Source: Somniosus microcephalus (Eukaryota). From it: a stretch of DNA of 64,000 nucleotides. Position numbers and translations under genes: made by a program. The stretch spans positions 13,702,001-13,766,000 of the forward strand of contig JBMRGM010000035.1 of NCBI GenBank assembly GCA_052327205.1, written 5' to 3'. The notes beneath the pieces are model-generated. The model saw only the letters and a list, made by a program, of their open reading frames with translations. It ran no database searches and was not told the DNA's origin. Shown here in pieces: positions 12,618 through 23,812 of the stretch; position 1 is the stretch's first letter; every line of letters starts with the position of its first letter.

Positions 12618-13330
12618 CTCTGTCTCTCTCTCCAGCTTTCTCTGTCTCTCTCTAGCTTTCTCTGTCTCTCTCTCCAGCTTTCTCTGTCTCTCTCTCCAGC
12701 TTTCTCTCTCTCTCCAGCTTTCTCTCTCTCTCTCTCCAGCTTTCTCTCTCTCTCTCCAGCTTTCTCTGTCTCTCTCTCTCGCCACCTGTCTCTCTCTCTC
12801 TCTCGCCAGCTTTCTCTGTCTCTCTCTTGCCAGCTTTCTCTGTCTCTCTCTCACCAGCTTTCTCTGTCTCTCTCTCTCGCCAGCTTTCTCTGCCTCTCTC
12901 TCGCTAGCTTTCTCTGTCTCTCTCTCTCCAGCTTTCTCTGTCACTCTCTCCAGCTTTCTCTGTCTCTCTCTAGCTTTCTCTGTCTCTCTCTCCAGCTTTC
13001 TCTGTCTCTCTCTCCAGCTTTCTCTCTCTCTCTCTCCAGCTTTCTCTCTCTCTCTCTCCAGCTTTCTCTCTCTCTCGCCAGCTTTCTCTGTCTCTCTCTC
13101 TCGCCAGCTGTCTCTCTCTCTCTCTCGCCATCTTTCTCTGTCTCTCTCTTGCCAGCTTTCTCTGTCTCTCTCTCGCCACCTTTGTCTGTCTGTCTCTCGC
13201 CATCTTTCTGTCTCTCTCTCTCCAGCTTTCTCTGTCTCTCTCTCTCGCCAGCTTTCTCTGTCTCTCTCTCCAGCTTTCTCTCTCTCTCTCGCCAGCTTTC
13301 TCTCTCCCTCTCTTTCGCCATCTTTCTCTT
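12618..13330. repeat. CT/GA-rich minisatellite, block 3
   Basis: Same unit as blocks 1 and 2. Confidence 0.95.
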
Positions 13331-13334
13331 GTCT

Positions 13335-13432
13335 GGCTCGATGTCAAATTTTGTTTTATAACACTCCTGTGCAGCTCCCTGGGACGTTTAACTACATTAA
13401 AGGCACTATACAAATCTAATTGTTGTTGTTAT
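13335..13432 (+). mobile_element. L2-type LINE/SINE 3' tail relic
   Basis: ..GGGACGTTTAACTACATTAAAGGCACTATACAAAT..TTGTTGTTGTT, similar to the tail of the L2 copy at 20552 in the opposite orientation. Confidence 0.55.
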
Positions 13433-13725
13433 TTCTCTCGAGCTTTCTCTCGCTCGCTCTCGCTCTCTTTTTGCATTGCAACCGAATTTTTCCCCCTTAA
13501 CATAAAAAATGCAATTGGATTTGTCGTTATTTTAAATGTTGAGACAGAAACATTTCAGAATACATTTTATTCAAGATTAAAGCTGAGATAGAGGGAAATA
13601 ATCAAAGAGAGAAAGCAGATGAGTGAATGAAAAAAAACGGCAGAGATGGGGAGCTAGATAGGAGCAGAGAGAGGGGGAGATAGAACAAGCGATGGGGAGA
13701 GAGAGGGTGGGATGCAGATGGAGGT

Positions 13726-14200
13726 GACTGTTAAATGCCAGAAGTGGGAGATGCTATTTTAGATCTGGTAATGTGTAATGAGACAGGATTAATTAATGAT
13801 CTCATAGTAAAGGATCCCCTAAGAAAGAGTGATTGGTAGAATTTCAAATTCATTTTGAGGGTGAGAGACTTGGGTCTGAAACTAGTGTCCTAAACTGAAA
13901 TAAAGGCAATTACAAGGGTACGAGGACAGAGTTGGCTGAAGCGGACTGGGAAAATAGATGAAAGGGTAAGACGCTAGCTCAGCAGTGGCAGACATTTAAG
14001 GAGATATTTCATCAATCTCAGCAAAGGTGTATTCCAGTGAGAAAGAAAGGCTCTACGAGAAGGATGCACCATCCGTGGCTAACTAAGGGAGTTAAAGATG
14101 GGATCTCATTGAAAGAAAAGGCAGACAATGTTGCCAAGATTAGTGTTAGGCCAGAGGATTGGGACATTTTTAGAAACCAGTAAATGATGACAAATCAGCA
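13726..14200 (+). mobile_element. CR1 ORF2 internal fragment (endonuclease C-terminus/linker), decayed
   Basis: Translates ILDLVMCNETGLINDLIVKDPL..LNKGNYKG..WQTFKEIF..PWLTKGVK, paralleling the CR1 at 39960-40330. Confidence 0.7.
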
Positions 14201-14574
14201 AAAAAAACTCAATTTCCTGGGTCAGAGCAGTGCATGTAGTTTTTTAATTCATTGCGTGCTTTCTTTTAATCAATTTTCATTTCTCTCTCTCCAGAAGCTG
14301 CAACGTGACGATGCAGAGAGAGAGTCTTTTGGGAGGTGGAATCCTGGAGAAGTGCTTCCTTCAGAGGGAGGAGAGTGACCGAGCCCCTCTCAGCACAGGC
14401 TGCCTGCCTGGCCCCCAATGTGTCTGTTTATCACCCTGCGGATCATTGCCATCGCTTGCTCCCCCCAATGTAACTTGTACATCTTCCTGCACCACCCTCT
14501 CTCTCTCTCTCTACCTCTGTAGAAAAGGCACTGAAGATGGCAGACTAGATACTTTCCTTTATTAGCTGTGAGGA

Positions 14575-14850
14575 AAGACTGGATAGGCGGGGTTGGTTTT
14601 CTTTGGAATAGAGACTGAGGGAGATTAAATGGAGGTGTATAAAATGATGAGGGGCCTAGATAGAGTGGATGGGAAGGACTGCTTTCCCCCAGCAGAGAGG
14701 TCAATAACCAGGAGCCATATATGCACTAGAAGTGCCGTAAGCGATAAGGCGACGGACCCAGAGCAGGAGAGTGGGATTAGGCTGGATAGCTTTATAAATC
14801 GTCCGGCGCAGACATGAGGGGCCGAATGGCCTCCTTCTTTGCTCTAAACT
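14575..14850 (+). mobile_element. CR1 3' end fragment
   Basis: ORF 14629 reads EVYKMMRGLDRVDG; the tail is GGGCCGAATGGCCTCCTTCT. Confidence 0.7.
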
Positions 14851-15517
14851 TGTCCCATTCCCTCTCTCTCTCTCCCTATTTCCCCATCTCTCTGTCTGTC
14901 CCTTACAGCCTGGGACCAGTGACAGAGATACACGCAGGCCAGGCTGTACAGTCAGAGACACCTGTTCCCGTAGACACATGGGGGGCTTGAATTTCCACTG
15001 GAGTTAGTTCTCCCGATCGCCCACTGTAAGCTGTATATTCCACTTTCCACCTCCCTCCCTCTCGAGTCACATCTCTGTATCGGCACATCTTTCGTTATAT
15101 CTGTATCTCTACGTCAGTCTCTCTCTCTCCATTGTTCTTTATCTCTTCCTGCAACGTTAATCTTTGCATCCCTTCATCTCCCTCTCGAATCTTCTTTCTA
15201 TCTACGTCTTTCTTGATATCTCTGCCTCTCCAACTCTTTCTCTGCAGCACTCTCTGTCTTTCTCGATCTCCAACTCTCTATTTCTGCCTCTCTCCCTAAC
15301 TCTCTCTCTCTCTCTCTCTGCCAGCCACTCTCTCCCTCTCTCTTTGTCCATCTGCCTCTCTTTATAATTTGAATCTCAGTTTCTCTGCCTTCTGATCTCC
15401 GCTCCTCTCACTGGTTCTGGCTCCCTCTCTCTCTCTTATTCCCAATCTTGCTCCCTCTCACTCCGTTCTGCCTCTTTGTCCTTCTCACTTTCCGTATCTC
15501 TGCTTTCTGCTCCTCAG

Positions 15518-15961
15518 TCCCTCTCACTGGGCCAGATGTTGACCCGCTGCCATAGTGTGAACCCAGTGACAATAAACCTGCATCCTGCGTCACATCTCTC
15601 CCGAGGTTGATTTCCATCAATGTTACAATAGGGCGAGATGTGAAACGGGAGGCTGATTCACCATCACCCGATTTGTTGTATAACGCCAAGTCAAACAGTT
15701 TCTTTCCCTCTACGTCTCTGCCTCTCTCCTGTGGGTAAATGGAGTCGAGGTGCAGATCAGCCACAATCTAACATTGGTGGGACAGGCTCGAAGGGCTGAA
15801 TGGCCTCCTATGTCACCCAAATCTCTGTGTGTCTTTTCTCTGTTCAGGGACACCCAGCTCAGGTTTTGTTTCCCACTACACTGATGGGGGTTGGCGGGGG
15901 GGGGAAACACCTTCCTGCAGTGAGGAACATACCTGGAGCTGGGACGGTACTGTGCGGGAAG
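15518..15961 (+). pseudogene. Possible decayed Ig C1-set-like exon pair
   Basis: A polypyrimidine-AG acceptor at 15517 is followed by PLTGPDVDPLP*CEP..(frameshift-corrected) VTITCILRHISPEVDSINVT..DLLYN. A second acceptor at 15847 is followed by GTPSSGFVSHYTDGGWRGGETPSCSEEH. The call needs assumed frameshifts. Confidence 0.3.
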
Positions 15962-16121
15962 GTTGGGAATGTCCCTCATCTCTTGCTCCACGTCTGCACC
16001 CCCCTCTGATCTCTAATGCCCCCCATCTCACACTTTCACCCTCCTTTATTCCCAGGCTTCTCAATCTCTCTCCAAATATGTTCCAGACACTCATTTTACA
16101 GCCACCGACTGAGTGAGCGGC

Positions 16122-16384
16122 CACAGCCATTTTTTGCTTGGTGCGGGGGGGGGAGGCAGCCATTTTGTGCTTGGTGCAGGGGGAAGCCATTTTGTGCTCG
16201 GTGCGGGGGGGCAGCCATTTTGTGCTTGGTGCGGGGGAGGCAGCCATTTTGTGCTCGGTGCGAGGGGTCAGCCATTTTGTGCTCGGTGCTGGGGGTGGCA
16301 GCCATTTTGTGCTTGGTGCGGGGGGAGGCATCCATTTTGTGCTCGGTGCGGGTGGGCAGCCATTTTGTGCTCGGTGCGGGGGGA
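16122..16384. repeat. About 29-bp tandem repeat, 9 copies, most containing a YY1-type motif (GCAGCCATTTTG / CAAAATGGCTGC)
   Basis: The unit GCAGCCATTTTGTGCTCGGTGCGGGGGG was counted directly. Confidence 0.9.
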
Positions 16385-16491
16385 GTGTTTTACATTGTCT
16401 GTTTGTTTGGACGTGAATTAAAGCAAATTAAAGAGAGTTATGATTTGGAGCCACACCAGGTAAGTGAGTGATTCACACACGGGGCAAAATA

Positions 16492-16970
16492 AAGTTTCAC
16501 CAGCGGTGGGGAGGGAGATTGACAGGGCGGGCAGGATTATACATGGATGGAGGATATGGGGCTCTTATACAGGGGGGGCTGTGGAGTTTCACCAGCGGTG
16601 GGGAGGGAGATTGACAGGGCGGGCAGGATTATACATGGATGGAGATATATGGGGGTCTTATACAGTGGGGGGCTGTGGAGTTTCACCAGCGGTGGGGAGG
16701 GAGATTGACAGGGCGGGGCGATTATACATGGATGGAGATATATGGGGGTCTTATACAGGGGGGGCTGTGGAGTTTCACCAGCGGTGGGGAGGGAGATTGA
16801 CAGGGCGGGCGGGGGGATTATACATGGATGGAGATATATGGGGGTCTTATACAGGGGGGGCTGTGGAGTTTCACCAGCGGTGGGGAGGGAGATTGACAGG
16901 GTGGGCAGGATTATACAGGGATGGAGATATATGGGGGTCTTATATAGGGGGGGCTGTGGAGTTTCACCAA
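16492..16970. repeat. About 93-bp G-rich minisatellite, 5 copies
   Basis: TTTCACCA recurs at 16495, 16587, 16681, 16773, 16869 and 16962. Confidence 0.9.
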
Positions 16971-17279
16971 GGGGGAGGAGGGAAGGAGTTTCACAGAGGG
17001 AGAGAGGTACAGGGGGCGGAGTGTACAGGGAGATGGGGTGAATTATACAGGGGGAGTTATTTTACAGGAGTGGCACACGGGTGGACAATACAGCAGGGGG
17101 GGCGCAGGAGATAAGCGAGGGGAATTCTACAAGTGGGGGGAATTCAGAGGGGGATTAAATGGGGGGGAAATTATAGGTGGAGAGTTTCACGGTGGGGTAA
17201 CTTCACGAGGGTGTAGTACGCAGGGGTATTATGGGGGATTTTAATGGGTTGTATTATAGGGGGGATGTCACGGAGCTAT

Positions 17280-18290
17280 AGTCACAGGGGTATTAGACGG
17301 GGGAGAAGAGAGTATCACGGGTATTAGACAAGGGAGAGAAGAGAGTATCACGGGTACTGGGGGAGAAGAGAGTATCACGGGTATTGGGGGGGAAGAGAGT
17401 ATCACGGGGGTATTAGACGAGCTGGGGGGAAGAGTATCACAGGGGTATTAGACAAGGGAGAGAAGAGAGTATCACAGGGGTATTGGGGGGGAAGAGAGTA
17501 TAAGGGTATTGGGGGGGAAGAGAGTATCACGGGGGTATTAGACGAGCTGGGGGATGAGTATCACGGGGTATTAGACAAGGGAGAGAAGAGAGTATCACAC
17601 GGGTATTGGGGGGGAAGAGAGTATCACGGGTATTGGGGGTAAGAGAGTATCACGGGGGTATGGGGGGGAAGTGTGTATCACGGGTATTAGACGGGGGGAA
17701 GAAGAGTGAATCACAGGGGTATTAGACGAGCTGGGGGAAGAGACTATCACACGGGTATTAGACAAGGGAGAGAAGAGAGTATCACAGGGGTATTAGGGGG
17801 GAAGAGAGTATCACGGGGGTATTAGATGGGGGGAAGAAGAGAGTATCACGGGGGTATTACACGGGGGGAGAAGAGAGTATCACGGGGGTATTAGATGGGG
17901 GGGAAGAAGAGAGTATCACGGGGGTATTAGATGGGGGGAAGAAGAGAGCATCACGGGGGTATTAGACGGGGGGGAGAAGAGAGTATCACGGGCATTAGGC
18001 AAGGGAGAGAAGAGAGTATCACGGGTATTGGGGGGAAAGAGTATCACAGGGGTATTAGACGGGGGATGAAGAAGAGAGTATCACAGGGGTATTAGACAAG
18101 CTGGGGAAGAGAGTATCACGGGTATTAGACGGGGGAGAAGAGAGTATCTATCACGGGTATTAGATGAGCTGGGGAGGAGAAGAGTATCACGGGGGTATTA
18201 GACAGGGGGAAGTGAGTAGCTCAGAGGGGAGAAGAGCGTATCACGGGTATTAAACGGGGGAGAAGAGCGTATCATAGGGGTATTAGATGG
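17280..18290. repeat. Degenerate 25-36-bp purine-rich minisatellite (GAAGAGAGTATCACGGGGGTATTAGACGGGGG)n
   Basis: Direct inspection. Confidence 0.9.
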
Positions 18291-18424
18291 GGGAATTGAG
18301 TAGCGTGGGGGGAAATTCAGTGGGAGGGAATTCGGCGGGAGGGAAATTCGGCGAGGGGGATAATTCGGCGGGGGGGAATTCGGTGGGGCGGAAATTCGGC
18401 GGGGGGGGGGGAATTCAGCGGGGG

Positions 18425-20525
18425 GGACTCACCACTGGAAACACCACTGTTCATAGACACCGGGACGGGGGACTCTACTTGAAACACCACTGTTCATAGA
18501 CACAGGGACAGGGGACGCACTACTGGAAACACCACTGTCCATAGACACCGGGACAGGGGACTCACTACTGGAAACACCACTGTTCATAGACACCGGGACA
18601 GGGGACTCACGACTGGAAACAGCACTGTTCATAGACACCGGGACAGGGGTCTCACTACTGGAAACACCACTGTTCATAGTCACCGGGACAGGGGACTCAC
18701 TACTGGAAACATCACTGTTCATAGACACTGGACAGGGGACTCACTACTGGAAACACCACTGTTCATAGACACCGGGACAGGGGTCTCACTACTGGAAACA
18801 CCGCTGTTCATACACACCGGGACAGTGGACTCACTACTGGAAACACCACTGTTCATAGACACCGGGACATGTGTCTCACTACTGGAAACACCGCTGTTCA
18901 TAGACCCCAGGACATGGGTCTCACTATTGGAAACACCACTGTTCATAGACACCGGGACAGGGGACTCACTACTGGAAACACCACTGTTCATAGACACCGG
19001 GACAGGGGACTCACTACTGGAAACACCACTGTTCCTAGACACCGGGACAGGGGACTCACTACTGGAAACACCACTGTCCATAGACACCGGGACGGGGGAC
19101 TCACTACTGGAAACACCACTGTTCATAGACACCGGGACAGTGGACTCACTACTGGAAACACCACTGTCCATAGACACCGGGACAGGGGACTCACTGCTGG
19201 AAACACCACTGTTCATAGACACCGGGACAGGGGACTCACTGCTGGAAACACCACTGTTCATAGACACCGGGACAGGGGTCTCACTACTGGAAACACCACT
19301 GTTCATAGACACCGGGCAGGGGACTCACTACTGGAAACACCACTGTTCATAGACACCGGGACAGGGGACTCACTACTGGAAACACCACTGTCCATAGACA
19401 CCGGGACATGGAATTCACTACAGGAAACACCACTGTTCATAGACACCGGGACAGGGGTCTCACTACTGGAAACACCACTGTTCATAGACACCGGGACAGG
19501 GGCTCACTACTGGAAACACCACTGTTCATAGACACCGGGACATGGGACTCACTACAGGAAACACCACTGTTCATAGACACCGGGACAGGGGATTCACTGC
19601 TGGAAACACCACTGTTCATAGACACAGGGACAGGGGACTCACTACTGGAAACACCACTGTTCATAGACACCGGGACAGGGGACTCACTACTGGAAACACC
19701 ACTGTTCATAGACACCGGGACAGGGGACTCACTACTGGAAATACCACTGTTCATAGACACCGGGACATGGAATTCACTACAGGAAACACCACTGTTGATA
19801 GACACCGGGACAGTGGACTCACTACTGGAAACACCACTGTTCATAGACACCGGGACAGGGGACTCACTACTGGAAACACCACTGTTCATAGACACCGGGA
19901 CAGTGGACTCACTACTGGAAACACCACTGTTCATAGACACCGGGACAGGGGACTCACTACTGGAAACACCACTGTTCATAGACACCGGGACAGGGGACTC
20001 ACTACTGGAAACACCACTGTCCATAGACACCAGGACATGGAATTCACTACAGGAAACACCACTGTTCATAGACACCGGGACAGTGGACTCACGACTGGAA
20101 ACACCACTGTCCATAGCCACAGGGACAGGGGACTCACTACTGGAAACACCACTGTTCATAGACACCGGGACAGGGGACTCACTACTGGAAACACCACTGT
20201 CCATAGCCACAGGGACAGGGGACTCACTACTGGAAACACCACTGTCCATAGACACAGGGACAGGGGACTCACTACTGGAAACACCACTGTCCATAGACAC
20301 CGGGACAGGGGACTCACTACTGGAAACATCACTGTTCATAGACACCGGGACAGGGGACTCACTATTGGAAACACCACTGTTCATTGACACCGGGACAGGG
20401 GACTCACTACTGGAAACACCACTGTTCATAGACACCGGGACAGGGGACTCACTACTGGAAACACCACTGTTCATAGACACAGGGACATGGGACTCACTAT
20501 TGGAAGCATCCTTGTTCATAGACAC
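18425..20525. repeat. 45-bp minisatellite, about 46 copies (GACTCACTACTGGAAACACCACTGTTCATAGACACCGGGACAGGG)
   Basis: Period of 45 counted from 19681 to 19726. It produces the 15-aa repeat ORFs in the track. Confidence 0.97.
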
Positions 20526-20551
20526 AAGTGCAGGGGAACTCGATGCTGGAA

Positions 20552-21342
20552 GCAACAACAATAACAACAACTTTTATTTACATAGCACCTTTAAAGTAGT
20601 AAATCGTCACAAGGCACTGCGCAGGTGCATAAAAAGACAAAAAACAACACAGAGATGCATAAGGAGAAATTCGGGCAGGTGAACAAACGCTTGGTCATAG
20701 AGGTAGGTTTTAAGGAGTGTCTTAATGGAGGAAAGAGAGGTAGAGAGGCGGAGAGGGTTAGGGAGGGAATTCCAGAGCTTAGGGCCGAGGCAACAGAAGG
20801 CACGGCCACCAATGGTTGAATGATTATAATCAGGGATGCTCAATAGGGCAGAATTAGAGGAGTGCAGATAACTCGGGGGGTTGTGGGGCTGGAGGAGTTT
20901 ACAGATATAGGAAGAGGCGATGCCATGGTGGGATTTGAATATTGTGATGGGAATTTTGAAACCGAGTCTTTAAGCCGGAGCCAAAGTAGCTCAACGAGCA
21001 CAGGGGTGATTGGTGAACGGGACTTGGTGCGAGTAAGGACACAGGCAGCTGAATTTTGGATAACCTCAAGTTTACATAGTGTGGAATGTGGGAGGCCAGC
21101 TAGGTGTGCGATGGAATAGTGAAGTCTAGAGGTAACAAAGGCATGGGTGAGAGTTTCAGCAGTGGATGAGCTGAGGCAAGTGTGGAGACGGGCGATGTTA
21201 CTGAGGTGGAAATAGGCGGTCTTCATTATGCTGCGGATACTCGGAAGCTCATTCCAGGGTCAAATATGACTCCAAGGTTGTGAACAGTGAGGGTCAGCCT
21301 CAGACAGATGTTAGGGAGAGGGATGGAGTCAGTGGCTGGGAA
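20552..21342 (-). mobile_element. L2 LINE 3' fragment
   Basis: ORFs read ETLTHAFVTSRLHYS..IQNSAACVLT..ITPVL and GGRAFCCLGPKLWNSLP..KTLLKTYL; there is a (TTG)n tail at 20552-20572. Confidence 0.85.
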
Positions 21343-21944
21343 CGGAGTTCACCACTGTTCATCGGCACAAGTCCAGGAGTCTCACTATAGGAAACAACAT
21401 CGCTTTAGTTCCAATAAATCCCACAGTCCCACCGGTGATGGAGGAGCTGTTCACGAGCTAGAGAAAGTAAAAGTCCAAAGACAACACAGGCTGATTGTTT
21501 TACTGATCTGTTTATTGTTCTCCAGGCAATCCACACACATAAGCCGCCACAGTTATTGTTCATGTCCTTATATTATTTAGATGTTAATTACAGACGGGCT
21601 TATTCTCCTTTCACACTCAACTGGTGTAACCCACGTGTTCTGACGCTCATCCAGCAATCAACGTCCCATTCTCACATCAGCCTAAACCTCAATGCTGGGT
21701 CTTGTATTTCTTTGTGTCCAGAGTTTGATTTAATCCAATTAAACCCCTACCGCTTTTATAACCTTACCATCCACATGATGCTAGCTCTTCTACCTTGCTC
21801 ACTGACTCTTACATGGGAACACACGGGCCTTGTCAGATAGAGGCCAGCGTTATATCTGGAGGAACCTAGGGCAGAGATGGAGCCTGTTGGGGTTCCGGTA
21901 AAAGATGCAAGAACTCAGGATGGGATATGAGATGCAATGCAGGT

Positions 21945-22876
21945 CTAATGCTGGGAATTCCTCCGATCTTTTCGTTGCTTAACTAATTTAAATATTATTC
22001 TCAGTGGATATTTAATCCCGATCTTCAGCTCCTCTCTGAATTTAGTCTGTGTTACTGCATAAATACACGTGTTTGTGCAGCAGCTCAATAGCAGGAGCAT
22101 ATAGCCGGTCCGATCTGCGATATACATCGGGTCATTGAAGCCTGTTAAATAATAACCGTTTGTAATTCGCAATAATAAGAAATATATCACGTACGTCATC
22201 CTGAGCAGTATGAAGTTTCCGGATATAGCGAAGAGTAGAATAATGGATTTCCTTCGGTTCTCCATCTCCTGATCATTGTGATTGGCATCACTCTTGCTGC
22301 TCCTCAGCCTCCTGCGGACTCTACTGGCCGCCAAAATGTGTCCTACGGTCAGAGCATTGAGCAGCAGCATCAGGAATATTGGGAGCAGTGGGTTGAAACA
22401 GCGATCAATCCAGCTAAATACTACCCACGCAGTTACAGTGTAATACTCTAGTTTTGAATCACAGCCCCATGGCACGTTGTCGATTGTATACCAGGGTTTA
22501 AGTGGAAAGTACCAGGGAATGTTTTTCAAACAGAACAGCAGACACACGGTTCCTATAACCACGGCTGCAGATTTCTCGGTGCAATATTTAGTCCTCAGGC
22601 TCTGGCAACAAATGGTAACAAAACGATCAAAAGTGAAAGCGACTGTTAACCAGACAGAAATATCTGTGACTGCACTGAGCAGGACAGCGTGGAAAGCACA
22701 CACAGGTGTGATGAACAGGAATGTAGTCGGGATATAATATTGATTAATCCGAACTAGTATCACATCAGTGATAATGACCAGTAGATCCGCCGCCGCCATG
22801 GCCACCAGATAGCGGGTGATACACCTGGATAGACCGCACTTTCCCCGGGACAGGATCACAATCGTCATCACGTTCG
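21945..22876 (-). CDS. Class A GPCR, GPR139/GPR142-like, coding exon 2 (end of TM1 to C-terminus)
   Basis: ORF 21945-22871 has 7TM motifs: LVAMAAADLL, TVAFTFDRFVTICC, PWGC, PLLP, RRKSIILLFAISGNF, CCTNTCIY, TKFREEL. The acceptor tttacag| is at 22877. Confidence 0.92.
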
Positions 22877-23665
22877 CTGTAAATGGGAAACAGACAAAAA
22901 CAGGGAATCAGCCTTCAGGTTACAGCAAGGGAGCCAGTTTCACAGTATTTGATGTGAAATGTACTTTACTGCAGGATCTGGGAATGGGAACTGAACTCGT
23001 TACCGCTGCTAGGATTGGGCAGTTGACAACAATTTTAACATAAAATTGCAATGTTCAGTATAAGAGAGTCTGGAGTAAATAAGTGAAAATAAACGCCTCC
23101 AGCAAAGAGTAAAACATGAACAAAATGGATTCTCTTGGAATTTCCTCAGAGCTGCTCCTCTTCCACCATCACAGCTTCATCGGAAGTGCAAGGAATCCTG
23201 ACGAGTTCCGAGTAAATTACCGGACGTTAAATTGTATGAGCAAATGGACAGCCAGATAATGAGTTATAATTAATAGCAACAAGTAGCAGTTCAGTGACGG
23301 AAGAACGAATGAAAACAAAACGAAAGAAAAGTGATTGAAAATAAGTACTGAATGGTCAGTTATAAATTGGGAGATAAATGATGGGTGAGGAGCAGTGAGA
23401 ATGAAGCCGGCCCGAAATGCGGTAAATAATAAATGGGGAGCACCGAAAGTGAGATCATCGCCGGGTTTGCATCCGTGGCCAGGAGAGGGGAGCAGATACC
23501 AGGCGGGGGTCAGAACAGGCTCGTATTTGTCAGGTTGGATTCTCAGACTGGGGGGAATGACTAAAAACTGTTGAAAAGACAAATGTCAAACACCATGTTA
23601 CAAAGCGACTTGTTGTGGGTCAACTCGACCAGTTTCTGTTTACAAACCACCAGATGGACGTTTCA

Positions 23666-23812
23666 ACAAAAGCAAAATACTGCGGATGCAGGAAATCTGA
23701 AATTAAAACAGAAAATGCTGGAAATACTCAGCAGGTCAGGCAGCACCTCTAGAGAGAGAAACAGAGTTAACATTTCAGGTCGATGATCCATCGTCAGAAC
23801 TGGAAAAAGTCA
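23666..23812 (-). mobile_element. Penelope-associated terminal repeat relic in the GPCR intron
   Basis: AAATACTGCGGATGCAGGAAATCTG..AATGCTGGAAATACTCAGCAGGTCAGGCAGC, recalled as the end of shark Penelope-like repeats. Confidence 0.5.

Noticed and set aside
6442-13413. Many ORFs rich in SLSL or ERER repeats
   Set aside because: They are translations of the CT/GA minisatellite, with no gene structure.
14940-14990. TGTACAGTCAGAGACAC resembling a V-segment end (C.VRD) with RSS
   Set aside because: The heptamer is poor, there is no nonamer, and no upstream V framework is visible.
18425-20525. RSS-like heptamers (AACAGTG/CACTGT) in the 45-bp unit
   Set aside because: The essential CAC start is absent and there is no nonamer at 12 or 23 bp.
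18429-20682. Long 15-aa-repeat ORFs as a mucin-like or structural protein, or the array as CRISPR
   Set aside because: They are open on both strands only because the unit is 45 bp and frames break between units. There are no unique spacers or cas genes, and the context is eukaryotic.
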